Source: Candidatus Bathyarchaeota archaeon (lineage in GTDB: Archaea; Thermoproteota; Bathyarchaeia; Bathyarchaeales; Bathycorpusculaceae). Taken from it: DNA of 64,000 bases. The notes beneath the pieces are model-generated. The model had not been told where the DNA came from. It searched no databases and saw nothing but the letters and a program-made list of their open reading frames with translations. Shown here in pieces: positions 59,844 to 64,000 of the stretch. The DNA lies in assembly GCA_963707955.1 (NCBI GenBank), contig OY970176.1, forward strand, positions 1,536,001 to 1,600,000, given 5' to 3'. Within the stretch, counting starts at the first letter, position 1. Each line of letters starts with the position of its first letter. A program made the position numbers and the translations under genes.

Positions 59844-60926
59844 CTAATCCAAAATGATTTTCTTACCCTTGGCGAAGACTCTGATTCCTCTGGAGTTCGT
59901 TACGTGGCCTATCTGTTCCGATTCTACTCCCAACTTGTTCAAAATGTCTAAGGCTTTGTTAGTGTCAGCTTTTTCCAAGATCGCCGCAAATCCCCATCCC
60001 ATGTTGAATGTTTTGAACATCTCCTTGTCCGTTATCGGGCTTTTCAGTTCGCTTGCAGTTTTTTGGACCAAGTCGAAGATTGGCTGCTGTTTGAAGTTGT
60101 TAAATTCAAAGCCTATAGCTTTGGAAGACTTTGCCAAGCGGTCAAACTTGAGGTAAGCGTCGCCGGTAATGTGCACGGCAGCCTTCACCTCCAGCTTCTC
60201 TGTCAGTCTGAGAAAAGGTTTCACATAAATTCTGGTCGGCTCCAAGACTTCACGGACCAGCTCACGTTCTAACCCGTCAGGAACAGCGTCCGCCCCATAC
60301 TTCCCACCCCACTGTTTGAAAAGCACTCTTCTGGCGAGAGAAATGCCGTTACTGTGGAGCCCCGAGCTCTTCAAACCTATTATTGGGTCCCCAGGGTTTA
60401 TGTTCCTTCCTGAAATCACGTCTTCTTTAGCGACTTCACCTATTGCCGCGAAGATCATGTCGAACCCCTTGCCTGCGTGCAGACCGTTTATCAGATCGGC
60501 TACATCGCCAATTTCGCCGCTGGGAACGATGCATTCTGACTCGGCTGCCGCTCTTGAAATGCCTCTCATCCATTCTCTTACAAGCGAGGGGTCGGAAACC
60601 TGTGCGTGAATGTTGTCCGCAATTGCGATTGGTCTGGCGCCGGAGCGTATGACGTCATTGACTGCCATTGCTACGCCGTCAATTCCGATGGTATCATATT
60701 CCCCTCCTAGCTGGGCAATGAGCACTTTTGTGCCAACTCCTTCAATAGCTAGGTCTAGATAACGGTCGTGAAATGGAAATATGTTCCCGTAGGGAAGCTC
60801 GACAACTTTACCGTACCGACTGTGTCTGTAGGTCCGTTTCAATATCTGTAACGCCTTTTTTGACTCAGCTCTCAGGTCTCTGTCGACTCCAGTGTCAGAG
60901 TATGTGAGTTTTCGGGTCACCGCCAA
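59844..60926 (-). CDS. purM: AIR synthetase
   Basis: EGVGTK, MAVND, SSGLHSNG, HITG, TFNMGWG. Confidence 0.96.
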   Translation of the reverse strand: MAVTRKLTYSDTGVDRDLRAESKKALQILKRTYRHSRYGKVVELPYGNIFPFHDRYLDLAIEGVGTKVLIAQLGGEYDTIGIDGVAMAVNDVIRSGARPIAIADNIHAQVSDPSLVREWMRGISRAAAESECIVPSGEIGDVADLINGLHAGKGFDMIFAAIGEVAKEDVISGRNINPGDPIIGLKSSGLHSNGISLARRVLFKQWGGKYGADAVPDGLERELVREVLEPTRIYVKPFLRLTEKLEVKAAVHITGDAYLKFDRLAKSSKAIGFEFNNFKQQPIFDLVQKTASELKSPITDKEMFKTFNMGWGFAAILEKADTNKALDILNKLGVESEQIGHVTNSRGIRVFAKGKKIILD

Positions 60927-61101
60927 GCCTTCTTGTTTGAAGTCTATCTGGTTCTTGATTTATAAAACATAATCCCTTCCCTTCAAAGTCGTGCTGACTT
61001 ATTGAACTACTCGTGGGAACAGTGGATCACAACGTTGGCGTTCAATGTCGAGAAATGGCTCCGTTTGGAACTTGGCAGAACATCAAGGCATTTCGAGGGT
61101 T

Positions 61102-61503
61102 TTATCTCTGCCTCAGTAGCGGTTCATACACGATATTCGGTCGTCTAGTTCCATTCTCAGCAGCCAGAAGCATGCTTAGCAAGACGTAATACTGTCTTAG
61201 GAAGTCGAGTCCTCTTTCACTTGCCCTGTACACCACTCTGCCATCTTTTACACCTTCCTGAATGAAGCCCATCTCGATGAGAGAATTGAGAAATTTGTTG
61301 AGTTGGCCGGAGTTGATGCTTGCATGCTTCATTATGGAGAATCTGGCCTGTCTTCCATCCTTGACAGCTTCAACCATCAAAGCTATGATTTCGAAGTGGC
61401 TTCTGTACTTCTTGCCCAGAGGGAAGCCGCAAAGACGGTATCTATTCTGCAAGGGTAAATAGGACAAATCATGGTCAATGGCATAATTCTCCATATGCAC
61501 CAC
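61102..61503 (-). CDS. Archaeal winged-helix transcriptional regulator
   Basis: YRSHFEII...IMKHASIN...YRASERGLDFL. Confidence 0.8.
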   Translation of the reverse strand: MVHMENYAIDHDLSYLPLQNRYRLCGFPLGKKYRSHFEIIALMVEAVKDGRQARFSIMKHASINSGQLNKFLNSLIEMGFIQEGVKDGRVVYRASERGLDFLRQYYVLLSMLLAAENGTRRPNIVYEPLLRQR

Positions 61504-61661
61504 TTAGATCTATTAACACTCATTTTAATCACTTAAGGAGTTTTTCTGTGGACCCTGTTGAAAAGGTAAACAGATGAGTTGAAAGAGTTGAATTCCAACA
61601 TTTCCTGCGCGAAGCATTTATTATATAGGTCAATTGAAGCTATTGACTTAGGGAACAAAGG

Positions 61662-62261
61662 TTGTCTCAGCACCGCCTATTGCCAAGCGAGATAAAATTT
61701 CTTGAAGAAGTCGCCAATGCGGACTGTGTAATTGGCAATTTGCGTTTGCGAGAGGGTGAATATCAGTACACCCTTGTGAAGGCAATCGCGTCCTTCCAGT
61801 TGGAGTTGACGTTTCCAGACGTCAAGGACCTGATAAGAAGGTTATACGGAGAAGAAAAGACGCTTGACCTCCAGTTTGTTCGTAAAATCCAGACGATCCT
61901 GAAGAAGATGGAGAAGAGCCACATCGTCAGAATCTTGCCAAAAAGAAACCCATGGCAACTTCAACGATACGCGCTCTCAAGCTTCAAGTTTCAGGACAGT
62001 GACAAGAACCTTGTCGTTCTAGCGACTGACCAGCAGATAAAACAGATGCAAGATCTGCTTCGCTCCGCCTTGGTCCAACAAGAGAGAGGCAGAAGAGGAT
62101 ATTTCTGGGCTGCGGCACTGATGTTCTTCGTATTCGTCTCATATAGTGCAGTTGTGTGGGCACTTGTACAGCCCATCGTCAACATGATTGTTTTTGTTTC
62201 TAGTCTGTGTACGTCTGTGATATGCTCATTGGCGCTTGGAGAGATGCTTGCTCGCAGATGA
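61662..62261 (+). CDS. Hypothetical protein with HTH-like core and two C-terminal TMs
   Basis: RKIQTILKKMEKSHIV; hydrophobic C-terminus. Confidence 0.7.
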   Translation: MSQHRLLPSEIKFLEEVANADCVIGNLRLREGEYQYTLVKAIASFQLELTFPDVKDLIRRLYGEEKTLDLQFVRKIQTILKKMEKSHIVRILPKRNPWQLQRYALSSFKFQDSDKNLVVLATDQQIKQMQDLLRSALVQQERGRRGYFWAAALMFFVFVSYSAVVWALVQPIVNMIVFVSSLCTSVICSLALGEMLARR

Positions 62262-62320
62262 TTTTTGACGTCACCTTAACGTTTAATAATTCTGTAGACA
62301 GAGAATAAGATGGGATCAAC

Positions 62321-63880
62321 TTGAAGAAAGGCATTTTGATTCTGCTGATTGGGTTACTTTTGCTGCTCACGTTTTCCTTTGTGAGATTTAGAGTATATGT
62401 GTATGCAAGCCCGGGCGTTATCTATGTTCCAGCCAACGGAACGATCCAAGCAACCATAAACAATGCAAGTTCAGGCGACACGATAATCGTTCCAAGCGGC
62501 ACCTACCGTGAAAGTCTCAGCATCAACAAGAGTCTATCCATTGTCGGAGAAAACAGAACGACCACGATTATCGATGGCGATGGTGCCGACAACGTGATAT
62601 CAATAAGCAGCGACAACGTGACCATTGAAAGTCTGACCATCACTAAGACCACCTCAGGGCTTTCTGGCGGCGGGATACTTGTGTCACGAAGCACCGGGGT
62701 CGTCATAAATGACACCCAGATCACGAACACTAGCACTGGGCTTACTCTTGACTTGACCACCAACTGCGCTTTTTCGGACGACGTTATTGCCAATAACACC
62801 AACGCAGTTTTGATCTATGGTTCAAGCAGCAATGTTTTTTCAAGCAACGCTGTTTTAGACAACTCTCTCGGCGTCGTCTTTAGTGGCTACCTTAACAACA
62901 ACCTGTTTTCTGGTAACACGTTTTCAGATAATATTGTTGACGTTTTTCTTTCCTCAGACAGCAACGGGAACGTCTTTTACCACAACAACTTTTTGGACGA
63001 AAATCCCATTCAAGTAAATGCGCCGTCAACAAACGTCTGGAGTCGTGAGGGTGAGGGAAATTACTGGGCTAACTACAATTTTTCTGGACCCAGCACAGGC
63101 GGGATTGGAGATGAACCCTACTACATAGATAAGAACAACCAGGACAACTACCCCTTGATGGGAGTCTTTTCCAGCTACGACATAACATACAACAACGAGG
63201 AGTTTCAGGTAACCATTATCAGCAATTCCACGGTTACTGATTTCACGTTTGAGGTTAGCAGAGAAACGGGCTACAATATAGTCAGCTTCAGTGCTCTTGG
63301 GGAAGACGATACATTCGGTTTCTGTAGGATGACGATTCCGAAGTCGTTGATGTACTACCCGTTAATCATTGTGGATAGTGAAGGAGAGGTCGCAACGTCT
63401 TTATTGAGCGCCTCAGATAACGCAACTACTTATTTGTATTTCACCTATCCCCATGGGGACCAGAGCATCACTGTAATCTCTTCAGAAGCATTACAATTGC
63501 AGAGCGAGCTGAATGACGAGTATGCAGAGCTTCAAGCAGACTTTGACAGCTTGAACGCAACGTACCAGGCTGAGATCGCCAACGTGAACTCCACGTATGA
63601 GGCTCTGCTAAACAGCTTTGGCCTGTTGCTGCAAAACTTCAGCCAACTGCAGAGTAACTATTTGGCGTTGAACTCGTCTTTACAGAACAACTTGGCGAAT
63701 CAGTCTCAAAGCATGCAAAACATTCATAATCTCACGTACATCTTTGCGGCAACAACAGCAGCCTTCTTAATAACCACGGTATACCTGTCAACGCGCGCTA
63801 ATGGAAACAGAAAGCCGAAGGCCCGTGCCTTTGAAGAAGAAGGGCAAGCGAGAAGAACTGCCTTCGTTGAAGAACATTGA
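62321..63880 (+). CDS. NosD/parallel beta-helix cell-surface protein with coiled coil and C-terminal TM
   Basis: Signal peptide, TIQATIN...GDTI, N-rich repeats, GNYW, DNYPLM. Confidence 0.88.
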   Translation: MKKGILILLIGLLLLLTFSFVRFRVYVYASPGVIYVPANGTIQATINNASSGDTIIVPSGTYRESLSINKSLSIVGENRTTTIIDGDGADNVISISSDNVTIESLTITKTTSGLSGGGILVSRSTGVVINDTQITNTSTGLTLDLTTNCAFSDDVIANNTNAVLIYGSSSNVFSSNAVLDNSLGVVFSGYLNNNLFSGNTFSDNIVDVFLSSDSNGNVFYHNNFLDENPIQVNAPSTNVWSREGEGNYWANYNFSGPSTGGIGDEPYYIDKNNQDNYPLMGVFSSYDITYNNEEFQVTIISNSTVTDFTFEVSRETGYNIVSFSALGEDDTFGFCRMTIPKSLMYYPLIIVDSEGEVATSLLSASDNATTYLYFTYPHGDQSITVISSEALQLQSELNDEYAELQADFDSLNATYQAEIANVNSTYEALLNSFGLLLQNFSQLQSNYLALNSSLQNNLANQSQSMQNIHNLTYIFAATTAAFLITTVYLSTRANGNRKPKARAFEEEGQARRTAFVEEH

Positions 63881-63933
63881 GCAAGGGATATATTTAGACT
63901 TACAATAATTCTCTGCAAGATTTTCTGAACACT

Positions 63934-64000
63934 GCGGTCGTAGTCTAGCATGGCCAGGACATCGGCCTCCCACGCCGACGACCCGGGTTCAAATCCCGGC
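63934..64000 (+). tRNA. tRNA-Gly(CCC), 3' end beyond the window
   Basis: Acceptor 5' GCGGTCG, anticodon arm TCGGC-CTCCCAC-GCCGA, T arm CCGGG-TTCAAAT-CCCGG. Confidence 0.95.

Noticed and set aside
1-64000. CRISPR array or cas genes
   Set aside because: No regularly spaced 25-45-bp direct repeats and no cas-like ORFs seen
63934-64000. tRNA-Gly as the attachment site of an island in this window
   Set aside because: No duplicate of the tRNA sequence and no integrase seen; the 3' flank is outside the window

Overview
Archaeal chromosomal window, probably Bathyarchaeia (inferred from gene style, GGTGA/GGAGG ribosome-binding sites, frequent TTG starts and the archaeal tRNA). It encodes ion transport (kdpABC, a P1B ATPase beside NikR, DtxR-FeoA plus FeoB, MgtA), two ABC exporters under a PadR, proteases (LonC-like, HtrA, TldD/TldE, matrixin, CPBP), carbohydrate enzymes (two GT4s, a GH38, an HTH-HAD fusion), purM-purS-purL-purQ and a tRNA-Gly(CCC) cut by the window end. 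The strongest unexplained signal is in the intergenic DNA. At least 17 GCGCGC/CGCGCG runs sit at gene junctions and at the broken ends of gene fragments, including a heliorhodopsin remnant. Two copies of a ~175-bp MITE-like element sit in GCGCGC-TA-GCGCGC-type palindromes and flank a regulator pair, and related end motifs recur, including next to a transposase remnant. There is also a decayed IS6-type cargo transposon carrying a PIN-domain gene, six apparent single-indel frameshifts (possibly assembly errors), and three genes whose likely N-termini lack a canonical start codon. All calls are by eye; no searches were run.
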